Origin: Dictyostelium discoideum
Lineage: Eukaryota
Reading direction: 5' to 3'
DNA length: 64,000 bases
Assembly (NCBI GenBank): GCA_000004695.1
Contig: CM000152.2
Coordinates: 832,001-896,000 of the forward strand
This document shows, piece by piece, positions 38,158 to 50,399 of the stretch. Under the pieces are notes generated by a model, which was not told the origin of the DNA, searched no databases, and saw only the letters and a program-made list of their open reading frames with translations. The translations under genes and the position numbers were made by a program. How positions within the stretch are numbered: position 1 is the first letter of the stretch; the number at the start of each line of letters is the position of its first letter.

Positions 38158-38474
38158 TTTTTTATTATTAGATTATTATTATTCTTTTTATTCTTTTTAT
38201 TCTTTTCTATTTTTATAAAAAAAAAAAAAAAAAAGTGTTAGAATATTATTTTGATATTACACTCTGAATTAAAATTTGAAAAATGAGCCCCTTATTCAAA
38301 TGTGAAATTGTAGTTTAAGTTCACAAAGTAAAAAATAAAGCTTACATAATTATGTAAAATAAAAATGTGAATTTTGGGTATAATTAAAAAATTTGAAAAA
38401 AATAAAAAAAAAAAAAAATATAAAAAAAAAAAAATGAAAAATTTTTTTTTTATATTTTTTTTTTATTTTAATTT

Positions 38475-38523
<49 letters not shown>

Positions 38524-38596
38524 GATTAATCCTTTCCAAAATATCTAAAAAAAAACAAAAAAAAAAAAAAAAAATTTTAAAAAAATATAAAATAAA

Positions 38597-38655
38597 ATGA
38601 GCGATTCCGAAGATGTAGTAAAAGTTGAAAGTTGTGTTTTGGGTACCAAAGGGCA
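38597..38655 (+). CDS. METTL10/Efm4-like (EEF1A lysine) class I methyltransferase, exon 1/3
   Basis: ATG at 38597 encodes MSDSEDVVKVESCVLGTKG. The donor is CA|GTATGT in phase 2. Confidence 0.65.
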
Positions 38656-38707
38656 GTATGTATAATAATTTTAAAATATTTCAAATAATTTCAAAATTTT
38701 TACTAAT

Positions 38708-38747
<40 letters not shown>

Positions 38748-38749
<2 letters not shown>

Positions 38750-38934
38750 GGGATTCAGCATATGATAGAGAATTAGATTGTTTTGAAGAAACAGGTGATG
38801 TTGGTGAGATTTGGTTTGGTAAATCATGTTTAAAAACAATGTGTAAAGGAGTTTCACAATTATCAGAATTAAATAAAGAAACTTCAAAAATTATAGATTT
38901 AGGTTGTGGTAATGGAATGACTTTAATTGAATTA
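38748..38934 (+). CDS. METTL10/Efm4-like methyltransferase, exon 2/3
   Basis: Acceptor aaaaag|ttggg. It encodes [25 protein letters not shown]...IIDLGCGNGMTLIEL (SAM-binding motif I) and ends at a GTAAGT donor. Confidence 0.7.
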
Positions 38935-39003
38935 GTAAGTAATAATAAAAATTAATTTTTATTAATTAATTAATTAACAAATTTTATTTTTATTTTATTT
39001 TAG

Positions 39004-39423
39004 TCAAAATTAGGATTTAAAAAATTAGATGGTTCAGATTATTCAGATAAAGGTATTGAATTAGCAAAGAGAATTATGGAACAAGAAGGATTTAATCATA
39101 TAAATTATTTTGTAGATGATATTACAGATTCAAAGATTGAACAATATGTTTATGATGCAGTTTTAGATAAAGGTACATTCGATGCAATTGCATTATCAGA
39201 GGATAGAGATAGAATGAAACAATTATATAAACAACATGTTGAACATATCTTAAAACCTGATGGTATTTTCGTAATTACAAGTTGTAATTACACTGAAAAT
39301 GAATTAAAACTTTATTATACTTCACCACAATTCGAATTTATTAAAAATATTCAATATCCAGTTTTTAGTTTTGGTGGTTCAAAAGGTACAACTCAAACAA
39401 CTTTAATTTTTAAAAAGAAATAA
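39004..39423 (+). CDS. METTL10/Efm4-like methyltransferase, exon 3/3
   Basis: Acceptor ttttag|tcaaaa. It encodes SKLGFKKLDGSDYSDKGIELA...DKGTFDAIALS...ITSCN... This is collinear with human METTL10 and ends in a stop at 39421-39423. Confidence 0.75.
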   Translation, partial: SKLGFKKLDGSDYSDKGIELAKRIMEQEGFNHINYFVDDITDSKIEQYVYDAVLDKGTFDAIALSEDRDRMKQLYKQHVEHILKPDGIFVITSCNYTENELKLYYTSPQFEFIKNIQYPVFSFGGSKGTTQTTLIFKKK

Positions 39424-39696
39424 GAAATAAAAAATAAAATAAAAATCATTTGAAAAAAAAATAAAAAAAAAAAATTATTTTTTATACTTTTTTTTTTAAT
39501 TATAATATTATAATTTAAAAATTTTAATTGGATAAAATTAAAATAAAAAAAAATTGTTTAGGAAAAAATAATTATTGAAAATAAATTATTAAAATAAAAA
39601 ATTGTTTAGGAAATAATAAATTAAAATTAAATTAACAATTACCAAATTAACAAAATAAATAAATGAAAAAAAAATAAATGTGAAATAAATAATAAT

Positions 39697-39733
<37 letters not shown>

Positions 39734-39774
39734 ATAATAAAAAAAGTTTATTAATAAATTAAAGATTAATTAAT

Positions 39775-40149
39775 TTAGTTTTTGGCTTCTTTTTTATCCA
39801 TGATGACTTCAACATCAACGCCAGCTTCGATTGAGATGGTGTTCATTTCCTTGACGAAATCTTGGGTGGATAAGATGTGGATGACACGTTTGTGGATTCT
39901 CATTTCGAAACGATCCCAGGTGTTTGTACCTTCACCACATGGACTTTTACGGGTGGTGATTTTTAAGACTTTGTTTGGGATACGGATTGGACCCTTAGCC
40001 TTGACTTTCTTGTTTTTAGCAAGAGTGATGATATCAGCGCAAACTTTTTCAAGAGATTTTGGGTTTCTTGAGGTTAAGGTGATACTGATTTTGTTGACAG
40101 CTGGGGCTGCAACGGTTTCTTCGGTTTTTTTGATTGGGTTCATTGACAT
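39775..40149 (-). CDS. rps20: 40S ribosomal protein S20 (uS10)
   Basis: A single exon of 124 aa. The sequence ...[46 protein letters not shown]... is diagnostic of eukaryotic S20. Confidence 0.9.
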   Translation of the reverse strand: MSMNPIKKTEETVAAPAVNKISITLTSRNPKSLEKVCADIITLAKNKKVKAKGPIRIPNKVLKITTRKSPCGEGTNTWDRFEMRIHKRVIHILSTQDFVKEMNTISIEAGVDVEVIMDKKEAKN

Positions 40150-40673
40150 TGTGTAAGTTTATAAAGACTCGCAAGAGGTGGGATGATACAAAGAGAAAAA
40201 AAAAAAAAAAAAAAAAATTCAAAAAAAAAAAAAAAAAATTCCCGCACACCCAGCCCCAATCCTCTAAAAAAAAAATAAAAAAAAAATAAAAAAAAAATAA
40301 AAAAAAAATAAAATTTACAAAACCATCAAAATTTTTTTTATTTTATTTACATAACTTTTACATAAAATTATGTAAAAAAAAAAAAAAAAAAAAGAAAAAA
40401 TAATTATAAAAAAAAAAAAAAAAAAAAACAAATAAATAAATAAAAAGTTATTTAACTCTAAGTATTATTATTATATAATTTTTTTTTTTCTTTATTTTTT
40501 TAATAACAATAATAATTTTTATTCAATTTCAACAAGCTCAAATTTTTTTTTTTTTTTTTTTTTTTTCCAGGTTTTCTTTTTTTTTAATTATTAATCTTTT
40601 TTTTTTTTTTTTAAAAATCTTATTTTATTTTATTTTATTTTATTTTTCTTTCTTTTTTTTTTTTTTGTTATTA

Positions 40674-40939
40674 TTATTGATTAAATGTTTGAGTACCTTT
40701 ACTGATTAAAATAGGTGGCACTTTCATGAAATGATTATATTCGGCAGCAACTTGAGAGAATATGATTTTTTCATCAACAATCTTTTCTTCATATTTTTCA
40801 TCAAGGTAATGGAGAGAATAAGATACAGCAACAGCAATCATTGTATAAATTACAAATTTATCAAATTCAGGACCTGCTATTGACATAATTAAAACATGTA
40901 GTGGAGAGAATAATGTAAATAAAACTCTTGATGGGAATT
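40674..40939 (-). CDS. Multi-pass membrane protein, exon 2/2
   Basis: Acceptor aaaaag|AATTCC in matching phase. It encodes KFPSRVLFTLFSPLHVLIMSIAGPEFDKFVIYTMIAVAVSYSLHYLDEKYEEK...*. Confidence 0.55.
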
Positions 40940-41043
40940 CTTTTTTATTATTGTTATTTTTAATTTAAAAAAAAAATGAAAAGTATTAGTAATTTGATTA
41001 TTATTATTATTATTATTAGTTATTTTTTATTAATTACACTTAC

Positions 41044-41637
41044 TTGGATCCCATGATTTTAAAACTATAACATTATCAATTGAACCAGATGGAGATTCGA
41101 TTTGGGTGATTGACATATTTGGAGATTTAAAAGTTGTACCTTCATAACGATAGAGATAAGAGGTTTTAGTTGTATTGAAATAAATAAAAGTATTGGCTAT
41201 ACTGAATAAGAGTAAAAGAAAAGCAAAGAAAGTATTCAAGAGGTCAATTGAGTAGCCTAATAATAAAAGATTCAACAATAGAGCCAATCCATAGATTGAG
41301 CTCTTATAATATTGACTATGATGAAATGTTGAAATGTTTTCTTGAATTTCGTCAAACTTATCCAATGGATAATTAAAAACATCCTTTATCTTCTCACTAA
41401 CTGGTTTCTTTCTCATTTTTGCTGGTGTATTTGGTGCATTACTATTAACACTTCCATTTGGTGTATTTGGAATATGTAAATAGTTACTATTGGTACCATT
41501 AAATGATTTTTTAAAATTTGATTCAGGTGTTGCTAGAATATTATTATTTGTTGTTGTAGCTCGGAATTTACTATTAGTACTTGATATTAATGATTCATTT
41601 GGATAGTCTATCATTTCATCATCTTCTCTATTATTTA

Positions 41638-41671
<34 letters not shown>

Positions 41672-42217
41672 GACAGTTGGTTGTGATACAGGTTCTTGTG
41701 AAGGTTGTGTTGTGGGTTGTGGCTGACTAAAGAATTTATTAAAAAAGTTACTATTGGAGGTAAGAGTTGGTATTGATGGGGCTGGTGTAGGTTGTGGAGG
41801 TTGTGGTTGTGGTTGTGGTTGTGGTTGTGGTTGTGGTTGTGGTTGTGGTTGTGGTTGTGGTCTTTGTGTTTGTAATTGTGATTGTGAGAGGGGAGGTTTG
41901 TTATTATAGTTTTGACTTGTGTCTCCAGATATGGAGTATCTAAGTGATGAACGTTTTAATGTTGGTGTTGTTTCATTTAAAAATGCTGGGTTGTTATTGT
42001 TTATACTAGTATTAAAATTTATTGGATTTGTACGTTCATTGTTGCTGTAAAAGGAGGATGGTTGAATTGATTGTCTACCTGGTGTTCTTGATGGTGGTCT
42101 CTTTTGAGGATTATTACCACCAATACCTATACTATTTGTGTTGTTTCCGCTCAAACTAAATCTAGGTCTATTATTATTACTATTACTATTACTATTACTA
42201 CCAAAATTATTATCCAT
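41044..42217 (-). CDS. Multi-pass membrane protein with N-terminal Asn/Pro-Gln-rich low-complexity region, exon 1/2
   Basis: ATG at 42217 on the minus strand. It contains a (PQ)10 tract and poly-N, then hydrophobic helices (GLALLLNLLLLGYSIDLLNTFFAFLLLLFSIANTFIYF). The donor is A|GTAAGT. Confidence 0.6.
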
Positions 42218-42644
42218 TATTATCTTTTAAAAGATTGGTGTGTGCGCATAAATTTTATTTTTTGTATCTTTTTTTTTTTTTTTTTTATTTTTTATTTTTT
42301 TTATTTTTTTTTATTTTTCAAATTTAAAAAAAAATAGGGGGTGAAAAATGAAAAAAAAAATGAGCGGGAAATTTTGCTTTTATTAATTTTTTATAATTTT
42401 GCTTTCATTAATTTTTTTTTTTTTTATTTATTTAATTTTTATTTTTTATTTTTTTATTTTTTTAATTTTTTTTTTTTTTTTTTTTAAAATTTTCAAAATT
42501 GAAAGTTTTTTTTTTTTTTTTTTAATTTTTTCAAATTTTTTATTTTTTTCAAAACTCACTCCACTTTCTTAACACATTTTATATTTCATCTTTTTTTTTT
42601 TTTTTTTTTTTATCTATCATTTTTTTACTAATCAAATAATAAAA

Positions 42645-42675
<31 letters not shown>

Positions 42676-42944
42676 TAAACACACCCCACATAGAGATATA
42701 AAATTAGAAAAATTCGAAAAAAGAGTAAAATTTTAAAACCCAAAAAAAAAAAAAAAAAAAAAAAAGAAATATAAAAATCTTACAAATAAAAAAAACACTA
42801 AATATCTGAATATTGTTGATCAATTTACAAAATAATACACACAAATAAAAACACACTGACCCACCCCCGCACTAAATATCACAATTGCTCCCCACACAAT
42901 CACGCACAATAACCGTATCACACGATAACACATAAAAGAGATTA

Positions 42945-42963
42945 ATGAAGGTGTTTGTCAAAG
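42945..42963 (+). CDS. Candidate 19-nt first exon of the SR-like RRM/CCHC gene (MKVFVK + G)
   Basis: ATGAAGGTGTTTGTCAAAG|GTAATG. In phase 1 it joins exon 2 to give MKVFVKGISEKTNKRDIEEYF, which restores a canonical RRM RNP-2/loop/helix-1 spacing (compare SRSF3 [20 protein letters not shown]). This requires an intron of about 1 kb. The model is tentative. Confidence 0.35.
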
Positions 42964-43379
42964 GTAATGAAAGAAAAAGAAAACTCGAAACCCTACCTGA
43001 CCTGCTTACCTACCTGACTCTTATTAAGAACCTACCTTTAACCATATAAATAATAATAAAAAAAAAAAAAAATTAAAAAAAAAAAAATTAAAAAAAATAA
43101 TAATAATGCCGACGATAATAATAATAGTTCCAACAACAACAAAAACAACAACAACAACAATAACAAAAGTAATAAATAGATAATACTTATTATAAAAATA
43201 AAAATAATAATAATAGTTAATAATAATAAAAACAAATAGTAATAGTAATAGTAATACTAATAGATGATACATCAATCAACACTATCCAATATTTAAAATA
43301 TAGTATTAATAAATTTTATTTTACGGTAATATTATGGAAAATGGATTGGTTAATGGATAATATCAACTATAGGCATAAA

Positions 43380-43407
43380 TAATAATAATAACAAAAATAA
43401 AAATAAA

Positions 43408-43498
<91 letters not shown>

Positions 43499-43760
43499 TA
43501 ACACCAATAGTAACAATAACAATAACAAATAATAATAATAAATAATAATAATAAATAATAATAATAATAATAATAATAATTACTAATATATGGATAAATG
43601 GATATGGTATGGACTTGGATGTCCATGGATATGGATGGAAATGGATAAATGGAAATGGATATTTTTTTATTTATTATTGTTTTGGTGGAAATTGGAATTG
43701 GATTTGGATTGGAATTGGATTGGAATTGGAATGAATGTTATTTTCTGTTTTACTTTTTTT
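43380..43760 (+). repeat. Compound minisatellite block: (AAT)n, then GGATATGGATGGAAATGGATAAATGG-type and (TGGAATTGGATT)n arrays
   Basis: Successive short-unit tandem arrays lie in non-coding DNA upstream of the SR-like gene body. Confidence 0.85.
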
Positions 43761-44006
43761 TTTTTTTTTTTTGTTTTTTGGGATTGTTTTTTTTTGGTGT
43801 AGTACATATTGGGATTGGAATCACATTCGCACCAAAAATAACAACAATCATTTTTTATCAAATACTGAATTAAGCATCAAAATATTAATATTATTTACTT
43901 TTCAAATTTAATTACTATTACATAAAATTTATTTACTTTTTTTATAATAAATAATAATAATAAATAATAATAAATATTAAATAATAATAATAATAATAAT
44001 ATGAAG

Positions 44007-44931
44007 GTATTTCTGAAAAAACAAATAAAAGAGATATTGAAGAATACTTTAACAAGATTGGTCCTGTGTTAAACGTTCAAACTGGTTCTTCTGATTTTGC
44101 ATTTGTTGATATGCAGTATGAGAGAGACGGTCAAGAATTACTAGGATTACAAGAAATTATAATAAGCGGAAAACGTGTTAAAGTTGAAAAAGCCAAAACA
44201 AACGAAGAACGAGAAATTCATAGGGAGAAATATAGAGAAAGATTTATAAATAATCATCATCATCATCATCATCATCATCACAACAACAATAATAACAATA
44301 ACAACAACAACGACAACAATAATATCACAAACTTAAACAATAATCATTACAGTAACAACAACAACAACAACAACAACAACAACGATAATAACAATAACGA
44401 TAATAACAATAACGATATGAATAATATGAGCTATAATAATAATAACAATAATAATAATGGAATGAGAGGTGAAAGCCAAGGTTATAGAGATCAAGGTGGT
44501 TACAGAGATAGTCATCGTGATAGAGATAGAGACTCTTATGGTGGTAGAGAGGGCAGCCATAGAGATGGTGGTAGATCAAACTACGAAGATAGGGACAGAG
44601 GTTACAATAACAACAGAGACCATCATCATGGTGGTGGCGGTGGTCACAGAGATCATAGAGACAGAGATTATGGTCATAGAGATGGTGGTTATGGTAATAG
44701 AGGTGGCGATAGAGACCATCGTGGCTCTGATAGAGGTGATCGTTATGGTAACGATAGAGACAGATTTAGATCAGGTGGCGGCAGAGATGGCGGCTACAAC
44801 AGAGGTGGCAATGACCGAGAAAGATTTAGATCTGACAGAAGAGACAATGGTGGTCCACCAATGAGCAAGTTTGATTCCATCTGTTACAATTGCAGAAAAT
44901 CTGGTCATTATGCTAGAGATTGTCAAGAAAG
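44007..44931 (+). CDS. SRSF3/SRSF7-like splicing-factor-type protein (RRM + CCHC zinc knuckle + RD/RG-rich), main exon
   Basis: The frame opens at 44000 and the only upstream AG is at 44005-44006. It encodes the RRM remainder (...DFAFVDMQYERDGQELLGLQEIIISGKRVKVEKA), then poly-H, poly-N and RDRD/RGG repeats, then a CCHC knuckle (CYNCRKSGHYARDC). The donor is AG|GTAAAT at 44932. Confidence 0.7.
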
Positions 44932-44957
44932 GTAAATATAAAATTTTCTAATGGGTT

Positions 44958-45011
<54 letters not shown>

Positions 45012-45099
45012 GTTAACAAATAACACCCAACTTATACTAATATTTATTTATTCATTATTTCTCTTTACTTTTTTTTTTTTTTCTCCCTCCCAAATAAAG

Positions 45100-45535
45100 A
45101 CCAAGAAATCCAAATTATGCTGATACTAAAGGTACTTTAAAGGATAGTGGTAGATTCCACCCTTATACCAATGATAGAAGAGGTAATAACTTCTCTCCAC
45201 GTAGAAGATATGATGACGATCGTAGAAGTGGCGATCATCAAAGAGAAAGAGATTTCGATAATAACGATAGTGGTAGAGATAGAGATAACTATAGCAGCAG
45301 CAGCAACAGTAATAATAATAATGGTAGTAGCAGCAGTGGTAACACTAGAAAGGATGACTCTCCAAATGACGTTGTAAGTGAAAGAGAAAGAGACAGAGAT
45401 AATTCTCCAAGAGATTATAACAGTAGTAATAACGCAAATAACAACGTTGACATTCCATCTCCAACTCAAGCCAACATTGAAAATATTTCAAAAAATAACA
45501 GTGATTCCAATGACGATCAAAGAGATAGAGATTAA
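45100..45535 (+). CDS. SRSF3/7-like protein, last exon (RD/RS-like tail)
   Basis: Acceptor aaataaag|acc in phase 2. It encodes RPRNPNYADTKG...RRRYDDDRRSGDHQRERDFD...DDQRDRD*. Confidence 0.65.
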
Positions 45536-45673
45536 TTAAAATAATCTTCTTATCTCTCAATTAATAATTATTATAATAATAATAACAACAATTCAAAAAT
45601 TAAAATTTCATTTTAATTTTTATTTTTGCTTCATATTAAAAATGATTTAAAAATAAAAACATAAATAAATATA

Positions 45674-45713
<40 letters not shown>

Positions 45714-45847
45714 AAATTCCAGGTGTTGGTTTTATTGAAAATAAGATAATTTATTTACATTCACATCTCTCAAAAAAAGATAAAGAATATTGAGAGAAAA
45801 CTTTTTTTTTTTTAAAAACCAAGAATATTGAGATTTATTTTTTTTTT

Positions 45848-48319
45848 TTACAAAACTTGTAAGTTTGAATTTTCCTGATAATCTTTGTAAAAATCTAACA
45901 TTTCTTGGGTGATACCTTTTTTAACATTACCAATTGCAGAGATGAAATGAGACATATTAATTTCTTTTGCATTAATATCTTCTTTCATTGCAGCAATTGA
46001 TGCCTCACGACAAATTGAAGTTACTTCAGCACCACTGTAACCATCGGTTAGAATTGAAAGTTGATTAATGTCAATGTCTGAAGAGTGAGGAACCTTTTTT
46101 AAATGAATATTGAATATTTCTTTTCTTGCATCTAAATCTGGTGGTGAAATATAGAGAATTCTATCTATTCTACCGGCACGTAATATAGCTTTATCGATGA
46201 TATCAGGTCTATTGGTGGCACCAATGATAGTTACATTTGTCAAAGGTTGGATACCATCCATTTCGGTTAAAAGTTGAGATACCACACGTTCAACGGCACC
46301 ACTACCTTCACCACTTCTACTGATGGCCAAGCCATCGATTTCATCGAAAAATAGAATGGATGGTGAGTTTTGGCGTGCTTTTTTGAAGATATCACGTACT
46401 GCTCTTTCAGATTCACCAACCCATTTACTTAAAAGTTCAGGTCCTTTTACTGCAATGAAATTTAAACCAGATTCAGTTGCTAAAGCTTTGGCTAATAAAG
46501 TTTTACTACAACCTGGTGGACCATATAATAGAATACCTTTGGGTGGTTTGATACCCATACGAATAAATGATTGTGGATATTTTAATGGCCATTCAATGGC
46601 TTCTTTTAACTTTTGCTTAATATGCTCTTGTCCACCAATATCTCCCCAAAATACTTTAGGTATTTCAACTACAACTTCTCTCATTGATGATGGTTTAACT
46701 TGATTCAATGCCAATAACATATCATTCATTGATAATTTAATTAATGATAATAAATTTTGAAGATTTTCTTCTTGTTTTTCTTCTTTTCCTTTTTCTTCTT
46801 TTTCAATATTAATTGATTGAAATAATTTTTGATTTTCATTTTTAATACGATTAAAACATTTTAATGATGCTTCTTTACAAAGCGATTCAATATCAGCACC
46901 AACGAAACCATGTGTTTTTGAGGCAATCATTGCTATCTCTTGTGATGTTAATTGATTTGGAATTTTTGAAAGGAAAATATTTAAAATTTGTTCTCTACCT
47001 TGTTGATTTGGAATTGATATTTCAATTTCATTATCAAATCTTCCAGGTCTTCTTAATGCTGAATCAATACTATCAGGTCTATTAGTGCAACCGATTACTA
47101 TAACTTTATCACCACCACAATTACCATTACCATTACCATTATCACCACCACCACCATCATTTTGATCACTTGTTGATACAACACCATCCATTAATGTTAA
47201 TAAACTACCAACTATACGTTTTTCAACTTCTGAACTATTATCTTCACGTTTTGGGCATAATGCATCCAATTCATCAATGAAAATGATTGAAGGTGATTTT
47301 TGTGCAGCATCTTTAAATATTTTTTGTAAAGTTTTTTCAGTCATACCATAGAATTTGTCAAGGATATCAGCACCATTGATTGTAAATAATGTTGCATTGG
47401 TTTGAGTTGCAACAATTCTTGCCAATAATGTTTTACCTGTACCTGGTGGACCATATAATAAAATACCTTTTGGTGGTTTAACTCCAAATGATTTTAATAA
47501 ATCTAATTTATAAAATGATAGATCAATTAATTCTCTAATTTGTTTAACTTGTAAATCCAAACCACCAATTGATTGAAAATTTAAATTTATATTTTTATTA
47601 TTATCAATTTTATTATTACTATTATTATTATTATTATTATTACTATTTATTGTGGATTCACAAATTAAAGTTGATTGTAAATTTGAATTAATTAATTTTA
47701 TTTTTGTTGATTCACAAATTCTAAAAATTGATTTAATAAATTCATTATCAATATTATCTTTTTTTTCTTTTAAACTTAATTTATTGAAATCTAAACTATT
47801 TATATCACAATCATCATTATTATTGCTATTATTATTACTACTATTATTTTCAATTTTATTAATTGATAATTTTAAAATTTTAAATTTTATAATATTATTG
47901 CTTAGATGAATTGTAAAGGAATTTTGAGGAATGAAATATCTACCAATGATTTGTGATAAAATTAAAGTTTCAAGCATACCAAATGATTGAAGTGATTGTA
48001 CATATTGTTGTTGTGATATTGTTTCACATTGAATTTCTAAATATCTACAATCTAATTTCGGATATATATTTGAAATTAAAAGATTGTTTGATACGGTATT
48101 TACAGATTGAAATGGTGTTTTAAATAAATAAACATAGTCACCAATTTTAACATTACAATTCTCTCTTTGAATTGAATCTAATTGAATATGTTGTGTTGAT
48201 AGTTTTTGTAATGGCCATGCTGTCATTATTGAACAGTTACTACCACTACTATTTATATCTTTATTATTACAATTAAAATAATTCCATGGTATTTCTGAAT
48301 TATTATTATTATTGTTTTC

Positions 48320-48370
<51 letters not shown>

Positions 48371-48508
48371 GTTTACTGGAACTATGTAAATTATATCACC
48401 TATTGTAATTTCATTATTTTGCATACACCTAATACTTATATACCCAACTGACGTTTTTTTAATTTGTTTATACGGTTGATCTTCAACCAATAGTTTAATT
48501 AACGACAT
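45848..48508 (-). CDS. Double AAA+ ATPase of the Cdc48 clade (Afg2/SPATA5- or NVL-like)
   Basis: A single 886-aa ORF with ATG at 48508 on the minus strand. It has a Cdc48-N-like start and two AAA cassettes. D1 has GPPGTGKT, Walker B IIFIDELD and an SRH. D2 has GPPGCSKT, ILFFDEIDGL and ATNRPD..D.A..R.GR. Confidence 0.8.
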
Positions 48509-48881
48509 TGTTATTTTAAAAAATGAGTTAAAAAATGATTTTCGTGTTTTTTTTTTTTTTTTTTTTGGGTGTGGAAAAAAAAAAAATAAAATAAAAAAAA
48601 TAAAAAAAAAAAGTGGAATTTTATTTTTAGATTCATTATTTAAATGAAAATTCCATGTTTAAAATTTTATCTCAGTTTTGTTAGTGAAATAAAATTCCAA
48701 AAAATTAAATTACATTATTTTTAATTTTTGTGTATTTTTTAATTTAATTAAATAATTAATAATAATAATAATAATAATTATTAATTATTAATTTTTTAAC
48801 AAACTGGAATGATTTTTAAAATATAAAACAAAATATTTTGTTTTTATTTAATTTATTTGTAATTTAAAAAATTAAAAAATT

Positions 48882-49322
48882 CTATGCCGAGATAAAAATA
48901 TTTTGAACCCAGAGACGAGCAGCATGATCACCTTTGTTGATATAACCAAAGTGATAACTTTTACCAGGAGCAATTGAAACATAACTAGCCATATTAATAT
49001 AGAAACCATTTAATTGAGCACCCCAAATTTGACCAGCATTTAACTTAGCATCAGTTGCAATAACAATATCTTTAATTGTACGATGAGTATGATTAATAAC
49101 TTCAACATCAACTTTAACACTTGGACCATCAGCACCGTCAACCCAACGTTCAGTTACAGTTTGAACAATTGTTAATTCTTCACAAACATAAACACATTTG
49201 AAAATACCATTATCACAAATACATGAGTGACCTGGTAAACAAGCATATTTACCACATTGGAAATTTGCAGAAGTAACACTAATAGCTAACAAAGCTAATA
49301 AAATTGCAATTAAATATTTCAT
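48882..49322 (-). CDS. Small secreted Cys-rich protein, paralogue family member 3
   Basis: A 146-aa protein, MKYLIAILLALLAISVTSANFQCGKYACLPGHSCICDNGIFKCVYVCEEL..., in minus orientation. Confidence 0.8.
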   Translation of the reverse strand: MKYLIAILLALLAISVTSANFQCGKYACLPGHSCICDNGIFKCVYVCEELTIVQTVTERWVDGADGPSVKVDVEVINHTHRTIKDIVIATDAKLNAGQIWGAQLNGFYINMASYVSIAPGKSYHFGYINKGDHAARLWVQNIFISA

Positions 49323-49847
49323 TTTTTTTCCCTTATTAAAAAATATTATATTTTAATTATTTATTTTGAATGAAATTTTATATTTAAATTTTTAATTTAT
49401 ACAATTTTTTTAAAATAGAAAAAATAATACTTTAATTAATTCATTTATAAACAAAAAATTAATAATTGAACCCCAATAATTAATCTATAAAAAAAAAATT
49501 AAAGTTTTTAGCAAAAAATACAAAACATTCTACAAACAATTTAATGATATGATAAAATATGGTATCATGATAATAAATGATACCATATTTTATCATATTA
49601 TAAGATAGTGAAACCTCCCAATCTCATATATTCCTATCATACAAAAATTTTAAAAAAATAATTTTAATTTTCAAATACAAAACTAAACAAAGATTAAATT
49701 TATTAATTTCAAAATTCACATGAAAAAAAAGAAATTCAAAAAAAAAAATTTTATTATGAATATAACAAAATATTTATTTTTTATAGTTTTATTAATTTTT
49801 AAAAATAAAAAAATTAAAATTTTCCTTTGTTTTAAATTTAGAAGTTT

Positions 49848-49884
<37 letters not shown>

Positions 49885-49958
49885 TTTTTTTTTCTAAACA
49901 ATAATTTTAATATTTGTTATATTTTAAAATTTAAATTAATAAAATTTAAAATATTTAT

Positions 49959-50399
49959 TTATTTTGAGATATAAATGTTTTGAACCCAGAGATGAGCAGC
50001 ATGATCACCTTTGTTGATATAACCAAAATTGTGAGTTTTGTATGGAGCAATTGAAACATAACTAGCCATATTTAATAAGAAACCATTTAATTGAGCACCC
50101 CAAATTTGACCAACATTTAATTTTACATCAGTGGCAATAACAATATCTTTAATAGTATGTGGAGAATGATTAAAAGCTGTAACATTAACTTTAACACTTG
50201 GACCTTCAGCACCGTCAACCCAACTATCAGTAATAGTTTGAGTGATCACTAATTCTTCACAAACATAAACACATCTATAAACTCCATTATCACAAATACA
50301 AGTATGACCTGGTAAACAAGCATATCTACCACATTGGTAATGAGCAGAAGTAACACTAACAGCTAATAAAGCTAATAAAATTGCAATCAAATATTTCAT
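49959..50399 (-). CDS. Small secreted Cys-rich protein, paralogue family member 4
   Basis: A 146-aa protein, MKYLIAILLALLAVSVTSAHYQCGRYACLPGHTCICDNGVYRCVYVCEEL..., in minus orientation and tandem with member 3. Confidence 0.8.
   Translation of the reverse strand: MKYLIAILLALLAVSVTSAHYQCGRYACLPGHTCICDNGVYRCVYVCEELVITQTITDSWVDGAEGPSVKVNVTAFNHSPHTIKDIVIATDVKLNVGQIWGAQLNGFLLNMASYVSIAPYKTHNFGYINKGDHAAHLWVQNIYISK

Noticed and set aside
43590-43873. ORFs 43590..43802 and 43649..43873 (MDKWIWYGLG..., ...GIGFGLELDWNW...)
   Set aside because: They are translations of GGATGG/TGGAATTGGATT minisatellites with no start context or homology.
44001-44072. ORF MKVFLKKQIKEILKNTLTRLVLC* starting at ATG 44001
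   Set aside because: It is out of frame with the RRM encoded immediately downstream and terminates after 23 codons. It is interpreted as intron-acceptor sequence; the possibility of a homopolymer error is recorded under findings.
46323-47085. Plus-strand ORFs inside the AAA ATPase gene (46323..46703, 46864..47085), and ORFs 44469..44864, 45137..45469 and 45147..45377 inside the SR-like gene
   Set aside because: They are antisense or alternative frames of strongly supported genes, with no homology signal.
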